A stretch of 63,842 nt of DNA, filler included, from Octopus bimaculoides (GCF_001194135.2; 5 parts of 5 records of this genome joined end to end with filler, not necessarily neighbours in it), one strand, 5' to 3'; numbered from the whole stretch's first letter, positions 39,819-52,100 are shown. Notes: generated by a model from the sequence alone, not told the origin. Numbers and translations: made by a program.

Positions 39819-40104
39819 CTGTAATCCCTCGCCATATCGAGGTTCACCTATCGCGGCTCACTTATCGCAATTCACTTATCACGGTTCACTTATCGCGATT
39901 CAACTATAGCGCTTCAACTATCGCGGTTTATCATTTAAGCTTGCGTCGGTTCATTCGTGGTGGTGTTTTGCATTTATAATAAAATAAATATATACAAATT
40001 CTAAAAATGATTAAAATATATACAGCATTGTTTCTACTTCATGGATTTTTAGCTAACGCGGCGGGTTTTGGAATGTATCACTCGCGATATTCGAGGGATT
40101 ACTG
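39819..40104. mobile_element. Tigger/pogo-like MITE
   Basis: TIRs C(T/A)GTAATCCCTCG and CGAGGGATTACTG, TA TSD at 39817-18 and 40105-06, internal ~14-bp TTCACTTATCGCGG-type tandem repeats. Confidence 0.8.
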
Positions 40105-40127
40105 TAGATTAAATCAGAGAAATACTA

Positions 40128-40277
40128 TACGTCTGGAAAAAAGATAATTTACTATTTCAAGTTTAATTATTGAATTTCTGCAGCTTTACGTACTCTTCAG
40201 CTACGTGTATTCAATGTTTCATACAATCATATTTTAAATAAAGGATTCGAGTCATATTATTATCGAAGTAAATTTAT
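40128..40277 (+). pseudogene. Truncated duplicate of the intron 2/exon 3 junction (pseudo-exon)
   Basis: Aligns with ~41340-41489 (AAAGATAA...TTTCAAGTTTAATTATTGAATTTCT...TAAAGGA..GAGTCATATTATTATCGAAGTAAATTTAT). Reads GFESYYYRSKFIK, then runs into an L1 fragment and a stop. Confidence 0.75.
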
Positions 40278-41330
40278 CAAGAGCTTTAGAATGATCTAAA
40301 TTGATCAGGGCTCCACCCGTGCTAGCTTCTTTAGCCAGTTTCTCAAGTTGTTGTGGGTGGATCTTTTCGGGATGGCACATGTCTGTGCATCCCCAACCAG
40401 ATCCCCGACGACAAGCACCAACCTCATAGCTAACATCTTGGCCATAGTTTGAACTCTGCATTAAGCAGAATTATGAGCCTAACGTTGTCGATACAAAACT
40501 TCAAGTTCGGGTCATTTCTCAGCAACGCTACTAATGTTAGCTATCAGGTTTATAAATACTCCAGCGGGGTGACAATACTGTTTATATATATATATAAAGG
40601 AAAGCTTCTCGTTGGGCTTCTGGTAAGGTTTATAAAAGGGGGGGGGGAGTCTAGGTAACGATAAGATCGTGGATTTAATTCCACGCCATGCCTCTGCCAC
40701 TTGGGCCTATTGCACGGCGTTTGTCCCTTCTTGTCTAAGTGCTCGTGCCCCAGCTCTGACAACGCAACCTTCGTTGAAGAATTGGCCGAGTGCAAATCCG
40801 CTGCATGCACGTCTATCGGCATGCCTTTTCTAACAGTCTCGTCTTTTTTTCTTGACTATCTGTCTCTACTCTGTTTCATTCTATTGCTAGTCCTTTACTA
40901 AACCTTATCGATTCTATTCTAATCGGCCTTTTCTAGGCGAACCACTATTTATTGTTGATTATTTTCCCCGACAACACCCTCTTAACTAGTTAACTAATCC
41001 GATAACTGAAATCTTTATGCACCAGAAACGACGTGTTCAGGTTCTAGTAACCGGGTCTCTGTCTATGAAACCTATATAAGACGTCTGTATCTCGCTGTGT
41101 GCACGTCGATCGAGATGCCTTTTTAAAATTCTCATCTAACTTCTTCACTATCTGTCTCTACTCTATTTATTTCTAATGCTAGGCTTCTTCCTCGGTGTGG
41201 AATCGAATGTCCACCATTCCATTGGCCCTGCTTCTCTGTATTTTTTCCTTTAGATTAGACAGAACCTAAAGCTTTTTGTATTTGAGCCTCTCTGGCTCTT
41301 TCCACCCACCTTGATTTTAAACCGATTGTA
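40278..41330 (-). mobile_element. L1/Tx1-clade LINE fragments (EN-RT linker and RT N-terminus)
   Basis: VALLRNDP, ILLNAEFK, LVVGDLVGDAQTCAIP and GALINLDHSKALD. The segment at ~40805-40885 is duplicated at ~41100-41180. Confidence 0.65.
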
Positions 41331-41455
41331 CAGTTCGTCACTGTTTGTGAAAAAGATAACTTATTATTTCAAGTTTAATTATTGAATTTCTATCTTAACA
41401 GTATTTTTTCAGCTTTATGTATTGTATGTTTCATTCAATTATATTTCTTATAAAG

Positions 41456-41713
41456 GAGATGAGTCATATTATTATCGAAGTAAATTTATTAAAGTTACCA
41501 ATGCTACAATTGATGGAAATTTCTTGCTGAAGATGCCTGCGAACGATAGCGAAAATTGTGCAGAAATATGTCACAGAGACGATATGTGTAATTCATTCGT
41601 ATTAAACCACGTAGAAGAGTGGTGTGAACTTTATCGCGAGACGACAAGAGCACATAGATTACTGATAAACTCAAATACTGACTACTATGAGCTCAGACAT
41701 ATAAGTAAAGGCG
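41456..41713 (+). CDS. Secreted PAN/Apple-domain protein, exon 3 (canonical PAN domain)
   Basis: CAEICHRDDMCNSFVLNHVEEWCELY...TDYYE = C-x3-C-x5-C-x-SF...C-x-L...YYE PAN signature. Acceptor ATAAAG, donor GTAAAT; 258 nt, phase 1-1. Confidence 0.9.
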
Positions 41714-41735
41714 GTAAATATACTACTACTACTAC

Positions 41736-41796
<61 letters not shown>

Positions 41797-42208
41797 NNNN
41801 NNNNNNNNNNNNNNNNNNNNNNNNNNNNNNNNNNNNNNNNNNNNNNNNNNNNNNNNNNNNNNNNNNNNNNNNNNNNNNNNNNNNNNNNNNNNNNNNNNNN
41901 NNNNNNNNNNNNNNNNNNNNNNNNNNNNNNNNNNNNNNNNNNNNNNNNNNNNNNNNNNNNNNNNNNNNNNNNNNNNNNNNNNNNNNNNNNNNNNNNNNNN
42001 NNNNNNNNNNNNNNNNNNNNNNNNNNNNNNNNNNNNNNNNNNNNNNNNNNNNNNNNNNNNNNNNNNNNNNNNNNNNNNNNNNNNNNNNNNNNNNNNNNNN
42101 NNNNNNNNNNNNNNNNNNNNNNNNNNNNNNNNNNNNNNNNNNNNNNNNNNNNNNNNNNNNNNNNNNNNNNNNNNNNNNNNNNNNNNNNNNNNNNNNNNNN
42201 NNNNNNNN

Positions 42209-42270
<62 letters not shown>

Positions 42271-42272
<2 letters not shown>

Positions 42273-42690
42273 GCCCGGATGCAGTACCAGGCAGTGACTC
42301 TCATGGTTTCTGATCTTAATTGATTGGAAGTGTTATCATGTACATTGTTTTATCTTGGTATGAAAAGATGGGCTACAGCAAATATTCTGCTTAATACCAC
42401 AGATTTGCTTGCCAGTTGTTTGACCTTAACCAGTTAAGCATGTCACTTGGTGGCTGACGATAAGTACATCTCTGATCATGAGTAGAAGTAGTGGGGGAGC
42501 ATCATAGCCATGTGTTGAGAGGAATTCTTTGGGGTTTGGATAATTCACCTTTGGAAACATGGGTGTTTTGCTCAACATCCTTAAACAAACCTTATTCAGA
42601 GACCTTTTGAGCGGGATGGGCTACTCGACCTGAAGAAGATTCTAACTGGGCCCCACCTGCGAGGTCATGTGCTGCGAGGTCATGCTAATC
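42271..42690. repeat. (TAA)n-adjacent interspersed repeat, non-coding
   Basis: Higher-GC block abutting a (TAA)n array, with no ORF. It resembles a common octopus repeat from recollection only and is single-copy in this window. Confidence 0.3.
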
Positions 42691-42976
42691 TTGTTCTGTT
42701 TTCTGCCTATCCGGCTGAATTGATGACTCCTGATTGTCGGCCAAATGGCATATAAGAGAACCGAATTTAAGTGATACCAATTGTTTTATATATTGTTATC
42801 TTCAAGATAAGAATTACATAATTTTTATGACGGTGAGGTGAGTCAGACATCTTGAAACATTTAGAAATATGGTTGTTTGTGATAAAGTTTAGCAACATAC
42901 CATCTTTGTTACAATACTTTACAGTAACTTACTGTTCTCATTTAACTAACAGTCATATTTTTTATTACATTTATAG

Positions 42977-43204
42977 AGTGTCCAGTCAGTGTCATTTATG
43001 GAGCCAAGTTCCAGGAACATGCATATCCAGCTAAACAGGGGGAATCATTCTTTGACATTCTAAAGCATTGCTATCAATCGAATTGGTGTAAGGCTTTCAG
43101 CTACAACTCCAAATCAGCCGTATACTACCTGAGTAATTATACATCTCACAATGCCACTGTTATCGTGATCAAAAATGATTGGCAACACATTGAATTCATA
43201 AAAT
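42977..43204 (+). CDS. Secreted PAN/Apple-domain protein, exon 4 (Cys-reduced PAN-like domain)
   Basis: Acceptor TTACATTTATAG, donor GTAAGT; 228 nt, phase 1-1, stop-free. (E)CPVSVIYGAKFQEHAY...HCYQSNWCKAFSYNSKSAVYYLS...DWQHIEFIK. Confidence 0.8.
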
Positions 43205-43563
43205 GTAAGTTGGTATTTGTTTACCTCGTCTTCTGTGATATATTGAGTATACTACATAGCATTCTGCAGAAAATAATTCGACATTATATGTATAGCTGTT
43301 TGATTGGGGTTTCACTTCACAGTAACTGGGAAACGCCTCTGACAAGTGTGTTCAACTACAGACTTTGGTCTTCCAATGGGTTGCGAGTGAAACTGTAATC
43401 TAGAAAACACTTCCTACAGAATGCTTTCGTGTATATGCAGATATGTATATGTACATATGTATGTATTCTTTTATTCCTTCACTTGGTTCAGTCATTTTGA
43501 CTGTGGCCATGCTAGAGCACCGCCTTTTAGTCGAAGAAATCGACCCCTGCACTTATATGTATT

Positions 43564-43594
<31 letters not shown>

Positions 43595-44034
43595 NNNNNN
43601 NNNNNNNNNNNNNNNNNNNNNNNNNNNNNNNNNNNNNNNNNNNNNNNNNNNNNNNNNNNNNNNNNNNNNNNNNNNNNNNNNNNNNNNNNNNNNNNNNNNN
43701 NNNNNNNNNNNNNNNNNNNNNNNNNNNNNNNNNNNNNNNNNNNNNNNNNNNNNNNNNNNNNNNNNNNNNNNNNNNNNNNNNNNNNNNNNNNNNNNNNNNN
43801 NNNNNNNNNNNNNNNNNNNNNNNNNNNNNNNNNNNNNNNNNNNNNNNNNNNNNNNNNNNNNNNNNNNNNNNNNNNNNNNNNNNNNNNNNNNNNNNNNNNN
43901 NNNNNNNNNNNNNNNNNNNNNNNNNNNNNNNNNNNNGAATAGAAATCCCAGGTAAATTCTCGTGTATAACATGTAAATCTAACAATCGTTTTGTAGACTT
44001 TTAAGAAATTCAGAGTATTTAGCAACGACAAATA

Positions 44035-44170
44035 ATCTTTTCTGGTCTAGGCTCAAGGCTCGAAATTTTTGGTAGGTGGGGGCCTGTCGATTAATTCGAC
44101 CCCAGTACGCAACTGGTACTTAAGTTTTTGACCCCCGAAAGAATGAAAGGCAAAGTCGACCTCGGCGGAA
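44035..44170 (-). mobile_element. SINE family B 3' part
   Basis: TCGACCCCAGTACGCAACTGGTACT...CCCCGAAAGAATGAAAGGCAAAGTCGACCTCGGCGGAA. Confidence 0.8.
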
Positions 44171-44830
44171 CAACGACAGATAATATGTGCGAAGAAAATC
44201 ATAATCTTTATTTTAGATTACACCTTAAAAATCTAGCAATTGTTGCAATTGCATTCACATATACGTACGCACAGAAACACACACACACACACTCACATAT
44301 GTATAAACACAAACACACACAAGCATGCATACGCATACACACACATATGTATATACGTATAAGCAATATTATTAAAATTAATAATATCTTCGAAAATATA
44401 TGCCGGCACAGCATTATTAAGATAATACAAATTGGTGAAATTTCAACTGAACATCTGAAAACATTTTAGCTGCAAATAAACGCTAACAAAAAGAAAAGCC
44501 AAAATCAAATCTAACTTAAGACATTCATTCAGCAACCAGCAACATCATTGAATAAGTGATTTACTTTATAAAAATAAAAGATAAAAAATACCATACTAAT
44601 TCTATGTTCTTTGACTGTTTGAAATCTACATAGGAAAATAATCTAAAAAAAATAATCTCATAAAGACAATAACTATAAACAGAAAATACATTGACTGAAT
44701 CCAGTAACTCAACGAATTAATCTAAATTCATCGGTGTAAAAGAATACATATGAAGATATATGGTTTGTATACATACAAATATTTGTGTAACGATATCAGT
44801 AAATATATGTATTTCGTGTTTTTCTTTTAG

Positions 44831-44923
44831 CCTTCAAGTTCGAAATGAAGTATAATCTAGATGATATTCAGTCACCTAGTGGCTGCACTTTGAGAAATTT
44901 ACGTACGGTTTACTTTAAAAACG
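44831..44923 (+). CDS. Secreted PAN/Apple-domain protein, exon 5 (linker with one Cys)
   Basis: Strong acceptor TTTTTCTTTTAG, donor GTAAAT; 93 nt, phase 1-1. (S)FKFEMKYNLDDIQSPSGCTLRNLRTVYFKN. Confidence 0.7.
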
Positions 44924-45478
44924 GTAAATAATATATTTATTTCCACAACGGTTACCATATTTTATATATTCATTTTGCATTGAATATTTGTTTATTTATT
45001 TTATAACGCAATATCAAAAGTGCTTGGTTTAATGATTAAGGTGTTGCAATCACAATCGTAAGATCCTTGTTTCGATATCCAGAGGTGAGGTGCAATGTGT
45101 TCTTGAATATATAAAAAAAAAAACACTTTATTTTACAATACTCCATTTCACTCTCGTGTAATAATTATGCTACAGCAACAGCTTGAAATCTAACGGTGCG
45201 AGGTAACAACTTTCCATCAGTGGGGATATGTTGTAATTTCAGTCTTTTATAGGGTTTGGAAACTTTTATAGGGTTTGGAGTTTGTCTGTAACGCTTAAAA
45301 TGAGTTTTACATTTTACGTATATTTATATGTTATTCAGCTGAAAGTATAGAATTAATTATTTACTAATCCATAAACATATTCATACGCACATAAATACGC
45401 CTACACACAAATTCATATACCATCAAAGATACAAAAATATTATAGAATGTTAACTTCCTTTTCTTTTCATATTCACAG

Positions 45479-45675
45479 AGTTAAACAAAAATGGTGGGAT
45501 ACAGGCCACAAGATACACAAGAAGATTAGACACAAACACCTTTACAAAATTGTTAAAGAGACCAGACGATCGAATCCATAGCAGAATTTCCTGTGCCGCT
45601 TCTTGTGATTTAACTTCAGAATGTATTGGCTTCACATATATAAATAACAAGTGTGCTTTTAAAACTTTTTATTGA
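45479..45675 (+). CDS. Secreted PAN/Apple-domain protein, terminal exon 6 (short apple-like module)
   Basis: Acceptor TTTCATATTCACAG, phase 1. ...HSRISCAASCDLTSECIGFTYINNKCAFKTFY* (C-x3-C-x5-C-x-GF-x-Y...C); TGA at 45673-45675. Possible AATAAA at 46136. Confidence 0.85.
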
Positions 45676-46221
45676 AATCCAAGAGACTTATTCAAAATAT
45701 TGTGTGTAGCCAAGTGACGTTGTCATCAATCTTTTGCATCTTAGGTGCGGGCAGAAATCTAAAGCTACGTCCCTTCACACAATCGTTTCCTTCTTATATA
45801 CGCTACTGAAATGTAATTCTTTAAAGCATACTTGTAATATTTTACTACTTTTTCCTAGCCATAACTGAAAATTTTCTGTTTCGTTTCAACACATCCTGCA
45901 TAGCAGTGAACATACTTTATCGGTATACTACTCAGAACATACTCAACATCCCAACACATAAATTTCAAATTTTAAATTTTGACATATATACTTTTATTCC
46001 TTTATTCTTTTACTTGATCTAGTCATTTGACTGCGGCCATGCTGTAGCACTGCCTTGTAATAATATAAATTATTTACAGGTTTTTTTTTCAGTTACGAAA
46101 CAATTTGTCGTGATACTAGAATTGTCTTATTGTTAAATAAAATTTCATCAAACTATTTCGCTGTCATTTACGACTTTATACACTCCTTATCGTTTTCTCT
46201 CGTATAGTACTATATATTCTA

Positions 46222-46670
46222 CAGGGTGGCCATAAAGTCATGCACCAACCTGCAATATGTGAAATTGCTAACATTCTCATCTTCATCTCTTTTCACAACT
46301 ACCGACATTACTCACAAACCAGTCCTCATTGGATGGAAGCAGATAATCAACAAGGCCGGAGCAAGGTACTGGTTTGGTGTGGGATTTGGCATAATCAGGT
46401 AATTCAACCATTCTATTTTGAGTGTTCTGTGACAGGTGGCTGGCAACAAGATGATGGAGGATCTTGGCAACAAAATGATGCTTAGCAACAAGATGATGCT
46501 TGATAGCAAAATGATGCAGGATGGGGATCTGCCCCATTATGCATTAGAGCTTCATAATTTTCTGATTGAACATTTTCTAGGGAGGTGGGTCGAGTGTCGC
46601 GTGGCAATTGAATGGGCACCACGGTCACCAGGCTTAGCTCCCATGGACTTTTCTTCTGGGGTTACATTAG
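46222..46670 (+). mobile_element. Tc1/mariner-superfamily DD41D (rosa-type) transposon remnant
   Basis: TA|CAGGGTGGCC terminus; KVLVWCGIW; QDG...PHY...WAPRSPGLAPMDF with 41 residues between the second and third Asp. Confidence 0.75.
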
Positions 46671-46849
46671 AACGATATATATATGTATATATATATACAT
46701 ATACACAGACATACGAACGATATATATATATATATATATANNNNNNNNNNNNNNNNNNNNNNNNNNNNNNNNNNNNNNNNNNNNTTAATTAATTAANNNN
46801 NNNNNNNNNNNNNNNNNNNNNNNNNNNNNNNNNNNNNNNNATACAATTG

Positions 46850-47960
46850 TTCATCGTCGTCTTCAACAACTTGGAAAGGTTCCTATACTTGGAAAATGGT
46901 TAGCAGGTGCTTCATTTCAGGCTCGTCACTTAAAAAATGTCACTAAGAACATCAAATAGTTCCATAAATCTTTTCAAGCAATTCCCCTTTGAGAGCCACC
47001 TTACCTCAGTGTGAGATAAAAGTCTCACATAGTCTGCATTTTCACAAAACTGCTTGAAAAGACGTTCGCATTTGGCATTAGTTTTGATAGCATTGACACA
47101 TTTTATAACTGATTTTAGTACCTCATTGAGAACAGGAGACATATTTTTGGATACTAAGCTCTCTCTATGAATAACACAGTGCACAAGAAGCATTTCTTTG
47201 TTCTCATCTTTCATCAATTTTGAGCAGCCTTTTTTCTTGCCCATCATAACAGGAGCACCATCTGCAGCACAAGATGTTATGTTCTCTATTGGTATATTGT
47301 TGACATCCAGGTAATTTATTAGCTTATCATATATATCAATGGTGGATTCTAATGATTTGCAGAATATCATTTCTTCAGCAATTTCACCTTTATCAATATA
47401 TCTTGCATAGGTTAGTAATACAACTTCACTGTCTCTTAGAGTTGATTCATCCATTTGTAATGAAAATTTTCTTGATTTCAGCTTTTCAACAAATTGTGTT
47501 TCAATATCTTCACTCATTTCATCTATTCTTCTAACAGTATTGTTACTGAGTGGCATGGCTTCAACAACTTCGTCATCTTTTTTCCAGGACTGTTTTAAAA
47601 AATGCTGATATTGATGGTTTAATTAAATCCTCCCCAATAGTATGATTTTTTCCACATTTAGCAATGAGTAATGAAATTTCATAACTAGCCTCAAGAGTAC
47701 AACAGACATTAACAGTTTGTGTAGTAAACAGAGATGTTATTGTTGTTCTTTTTGCAAACTTCTTTAAAGTAATTTAAATCTGAATATACATACACACTAT
47801 GTTTTGTCTTCAAATGCAACTGAAGACGATTTGGTTTCATTGATTTGTTGGTCAAACATTGTTGGCACAAGAGGCGGAGAAGTAACTGTTTTCTGTGGAT
47901 AGCGGATATAAATTCAAATTTCAAATGTTCCTCTGAATATTGATGAACTCTTTTTTTAAA
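46850..47960 (-). mobile_element. hAT (Buster/Charlie, ZBED5/ZBED8-like) transposase, frameshifted
   Basis: QYSEEHLKF...LCQQCLTNKSMKPNRLQLHLKTKH (BED finger); PLSNNTVRR; FSLQMDEST; AADGAPVMMG; HCVIHRE; HTEVRWLSKG. Confidence 0.9.
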
Positions 47961-49098
47961 CTTTCACTACTTATTTTATGTATTTTTGAATCAAACTCAA
48001 AGAGATTTCAGTTCAAACAAATTTTTTCAACAATTTCTTCAAAAAGATTTCAGTATAAACTTTCGGAAAATATGCTCAAAAAATATTCCGTGAATCTTCT
48101 CAGCTGCAAAAGCCTTTCTATCAATGATGGAAGTTTTTCTTACCTTTTTGCTGAATTCACAAACTCGATAATAATTCCTGACTGGTTAGACACCCATAAT
48201 TTTTCATCCCAAGTTACAATTCAACACCAAAAACAAGCATCTCATGGATTTGCCACCATTTGTTTTTCACCACTCATTATCACAGCTGTAATCTAAAGAA
48301 TAAAAAAATAATGCTTATATGCTACATATGAAAATAAAAAAAATACACAATACAGTAACAATTGTACAAGTTGTATCATATTAATGATATAACATGGAGA
48401 TATGAGTTGCCAAAAAAGTCATCAGTGAAAATTTGAAAAAACTGTGGACTCAACCTTGTAGCTCTATGTTTGAGCATGTTACATATCCTGGGGTCAGGAC
48501 AATGTGAAGCAGTAAAAGCATTTGAAACTAGTGAAGATGATCTTTTATCAAGCTACAAAGAGATACACAAAGGATTTAATCAAAGTCATTACTTTGCATA
48601 GAGTGGCTAGAAGTGATTCATTACTAAAAACACATGCTTATATGTTTCTCTTACATCTCTGTCTTTCCTAACGCATATAGCTTCACTTGATTAATTGATA
48701 TATATGAGTATATGAGTGTGTATGTGTGTTTTTGTGTGTGTGTGTATATAATATAAATATATATACATATATATATATATACACATATATATACACACAC
48801 ATGCATACGTATGTATATATATATANNNNNNNNNNNNNNNNNNNNNNNNNNNNNNNNNNNNNNNNNNNNNNNNNNNNNNNNNNNNNNNNNNNNNNNNNNN
48901 NNNNNNNNNNNNNNNNNNNNNNNNNNNNNNNNNNNNNNNNNNNNNNNNNNNNNNNNNNNNNNNNNNNNNNNNNNNNNNNNNNNNNNNNNNNNNNNNNNNN
49001 NNNNNNNNNNNNNNNNNNNNNNNNNNNNNNNNNNNNNNATATATATACGCACACATATGTACACACTCATGCACATATATATTGGTATGTATACATAA

Positions 49099-49201
<103 letters not shown>

Positions 49202-49974
49202 CATACATGCATACATACATATGTATATATATATATGCATACACACACATACACACGCGCACACACACAGAGATTTATTAATATAACAAAATCTATAATT
49301 ATTTTATAAGAACCTACGTAAATAACAAATAAACAGATAGACGATTAATAAAATATCGGTAAATAAAAACAAAGAGAAATAAATTAATATCTTGTGTATG
49401 CCTGATGACAAAGAACCTATATATCAAATGTATATCAATTAATTTATCAGTGATGAGCTAGGATTAAAGAACTTATTAAATGAATATGCCACCCACCTTC
49501 TCTCTTCATAGGCTAACATACACTTCACTGCACAACCATAATATACTAAAAACTTATACACACACTTCACTGCATGTCCGTAAGGCATCCACACTGAAAT
49601 ACACAAGTTTCATTACACATTCATCATACACTGACTCTCATACACAGTATGATGCCTTGGGCAGACTACACAATAATACTTTGTGTCTCTCATTATACAC
49701 ACGTTTGCATGTACTCTTGCTCTGTCCATGGCCTTTGCAGGCCCATCTGCAACTGGTGAGATTAAAAATAAGAGTGAAGTTCCTTCCCTTGTTACCATAT
49801 TTTAATGTATATAAGGAACCCCCTAATTTCGGGGGCTTAAAATTTGGAAAAAAAGATTTTGTAAGGGATTCTAATACTATCCATGTATAAGAAACTCCCA
49901 TATTTTTTAAACCTAATTTTTAACATATTAAAGTACATATAGAGTCATAAAGCTGGTTTTCTGTTTTCCATGGC

Positions 49975-50405
49975 AGTTATATTCCCCACCTGGACAGAAC
50001 GCCAGTCCATCACAGGATTGCTCATTTTTTGGCAGCTGAGTGGACAGGAGCAATGTGAAATGAAGTGTTTTGTTCAAGAACTCAATGTGTTGTCCAGTCC
50101 AGGAATTGAAACCACAATCTTACGATCATAGTCCAATATCCTACCCATTAAGCCACTACTAAAGGAAAGGTTATCTTTTTGGGTCGTACTGACTCGTAAG
50201 GGCCGGTTTCCCAGTTTCATGACATATATATTCCTTACCTGGACGGGAGGCCAGTCGATTACAGGATTACTCATTTTTGCCAGCTGAATGGACTGGAACA
50301 AAGTGGAATGAAGTGTTTTGTTCAAGAACACACTGTGTCCCCAGTCCAGGAAATGAAACCACAATCTTACGATCATGAGTCCAATACCCTAACCACTAAG
50401 CCACA
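49975..50405 (-). mobile_element. Two head-to-tail SINE family C copies, CpG-decayed
   Basis: The unit ...GGATT(G/A)CTCATTTTT..CAGCTGA(G/A)TGGAC...AAGTGTTTTGTTCAAGAAC...CCAGTCCAGGAA...CTTACGATCAT...ACC(C)A(T/C)TAAGCCAC occurs twice. Confidence 0.8.
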
Positions 50406-50409
50406 CTGA

Positions 50410-50940
50410 TTGGTGATGAGATTAATGATGTTAAAATTCCACTTGAAGAGTGGCAAATTGATGGCTGATGGAAAAATATGTGCAATGGGGGAATTCCAGA
50501 AGGAATGAGTATAGAATGGTTAGTGTAAAGTCTGAGATTGGTGGATATAATATGGGTGATAAGAGAAGGAGAGATTAGTAAATCAGAAAAAGCTAGATAG
50601 AGGTGGCATGAGGCCAGCCACCTCTGAGCTGATGAGGCCATTATAGTTGCAGTAGGAAAGGTAGATAGAAATGTTAGCTTGTCTGCAGGCCAGACATTAG
50701 AATGTGTTGGTGAGTGACTTTATTATGCCAATAAGTCAAGTAACCTTTCTTTGAATGTAGTCTAGGACATTTGAATGTAGTAGTAACAATAACAGCAGCA
50801 ACATGCTAGAAGTAGGAGCATTCTCTATTGTGAGGTCTCATCTGAGTTTTCAAACAGTTGCAGTATTTCCTGGTTCAGAAGAGAAAGGCTTGTCTTTGTG
50901 ATGTAGTCTGTGTTATGTTGAATATGTGCTTTTACCAGAA
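50410..50940 (-). mobile_element. L2/CR1-group LINE RT C-terminal remnant
   Basis: LDYIQRKVT*LI...YCNYNGLISSEVAGLMPP resembles LDRVQRKAxRLI...FYRYYxGxCSSELAxxxPP; very degenerate. Confidence 0.45.
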
Positions 50941-51744
50941 CAGATCTTCGAAAGTTCTTCTGCATGCTGGACATATTTAGTGGTGTTAGGGTATGATAAT
51001 CATACTAAATAAGAAACAGATGAGTGTCTTATTGCTGATGTTTAGACCCAGATCTGCCTGGATTAAGTAGATTTATGATTAAACATCTCAGAATGACATT
51101 ATCCAAAATGCCATCTCATTCAACAAATGAGATAAGTTTTGGAACTTATAAATTCAATAAACATATAAATAGGTGTATAAAGAGATAGATAGATATGAAT
51201 GTCTTCCTAGGGCCAAAAACAACAGTAACACTGTCTTCTATAGGACTGCCACATTTAGTTGGCAAATATATCTTATGTGAATAAATGGATAGGGATAAGT
51301 AGATACACAGACAAATAAATAGATGAAAAAGTTAAAAATTTAAAATTGGGGAGAGGTGAAATTTGAGCCCCTTATTAAACTTTATAACATTAATTATTAA
51401 ATATTAATGTTTGCTTCTCATAAAATGGTGTATATTTAATTTACATTATTTTATTATTTATGATTATTTAAGGCAAACACAAGTAAAACGCAAATTCTTT
51501 TCACTTTAATGCTTTTGTCTGTATTTAATTTTGATTTGCATATGTTTGTCAAATCGCTATGATCTCTTTAAAGTAAACAAAACCAAAAATTTAAAGTGTG
51601 GGTGGGAAGGTGAAATTTTAAAAAATTGCTTTTTTTTGCGTATTTGTAATCTTTGACATCTAAAACATAGGAACCTGAAAATTTTTTTTCCAAAAATGCA
51701 TTTTTCAAGGACAGGTGTGAAATTGCATTAGCTTTCATTGCCAG

Positions 51745-52065
51745 TACTATTGACACTTAAAAGGCACTTGTACCAGTGACATTGTAAGAGGCACCCATGC
51801 CAATGACAAGTAAAAGGCATCAGTGCCAGCAATGAGTAAAAGGAACCCACACTGGAGACACGTAAAAGGCACCCTGCTGGTGGCACACATTAAGCATCCA
51901 TGCCAGTGACACCTAAGGAACACCCAGTATACTCTATAAAGTGTTAGGAAGGGCATCCAGTGATAGAAACCAAGCTGATACAGATGACTGGAATCTGGTG
52001 CAGCTCTCCAGAACACCAACTCCAGTCAAACTGTTACCCATGCCGGCATGGAAAATGGATGTTAA

Positions 52066-52097
<32 letters not shown>

Positions 52098-52100
52098 CAA
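51745..52100 (+). mobile_element. SINE-like repeat with internal AAAGGCACCC...GCCAGT tandem units and (GAT)n tail
   Basis: GTTAGGAAGGGCATCCAG...CCCATGCCGGCATGGAAAATGGATGTTAAA(TGA)n. Confidence 0.55.

Noticed and set aside
42808-42840. Possible micro-exon with a GTGAGT donor upstream of exon 4
   Set aside because: No acceptor/donor combination preserves the phase 1-1 frame of the gene model.
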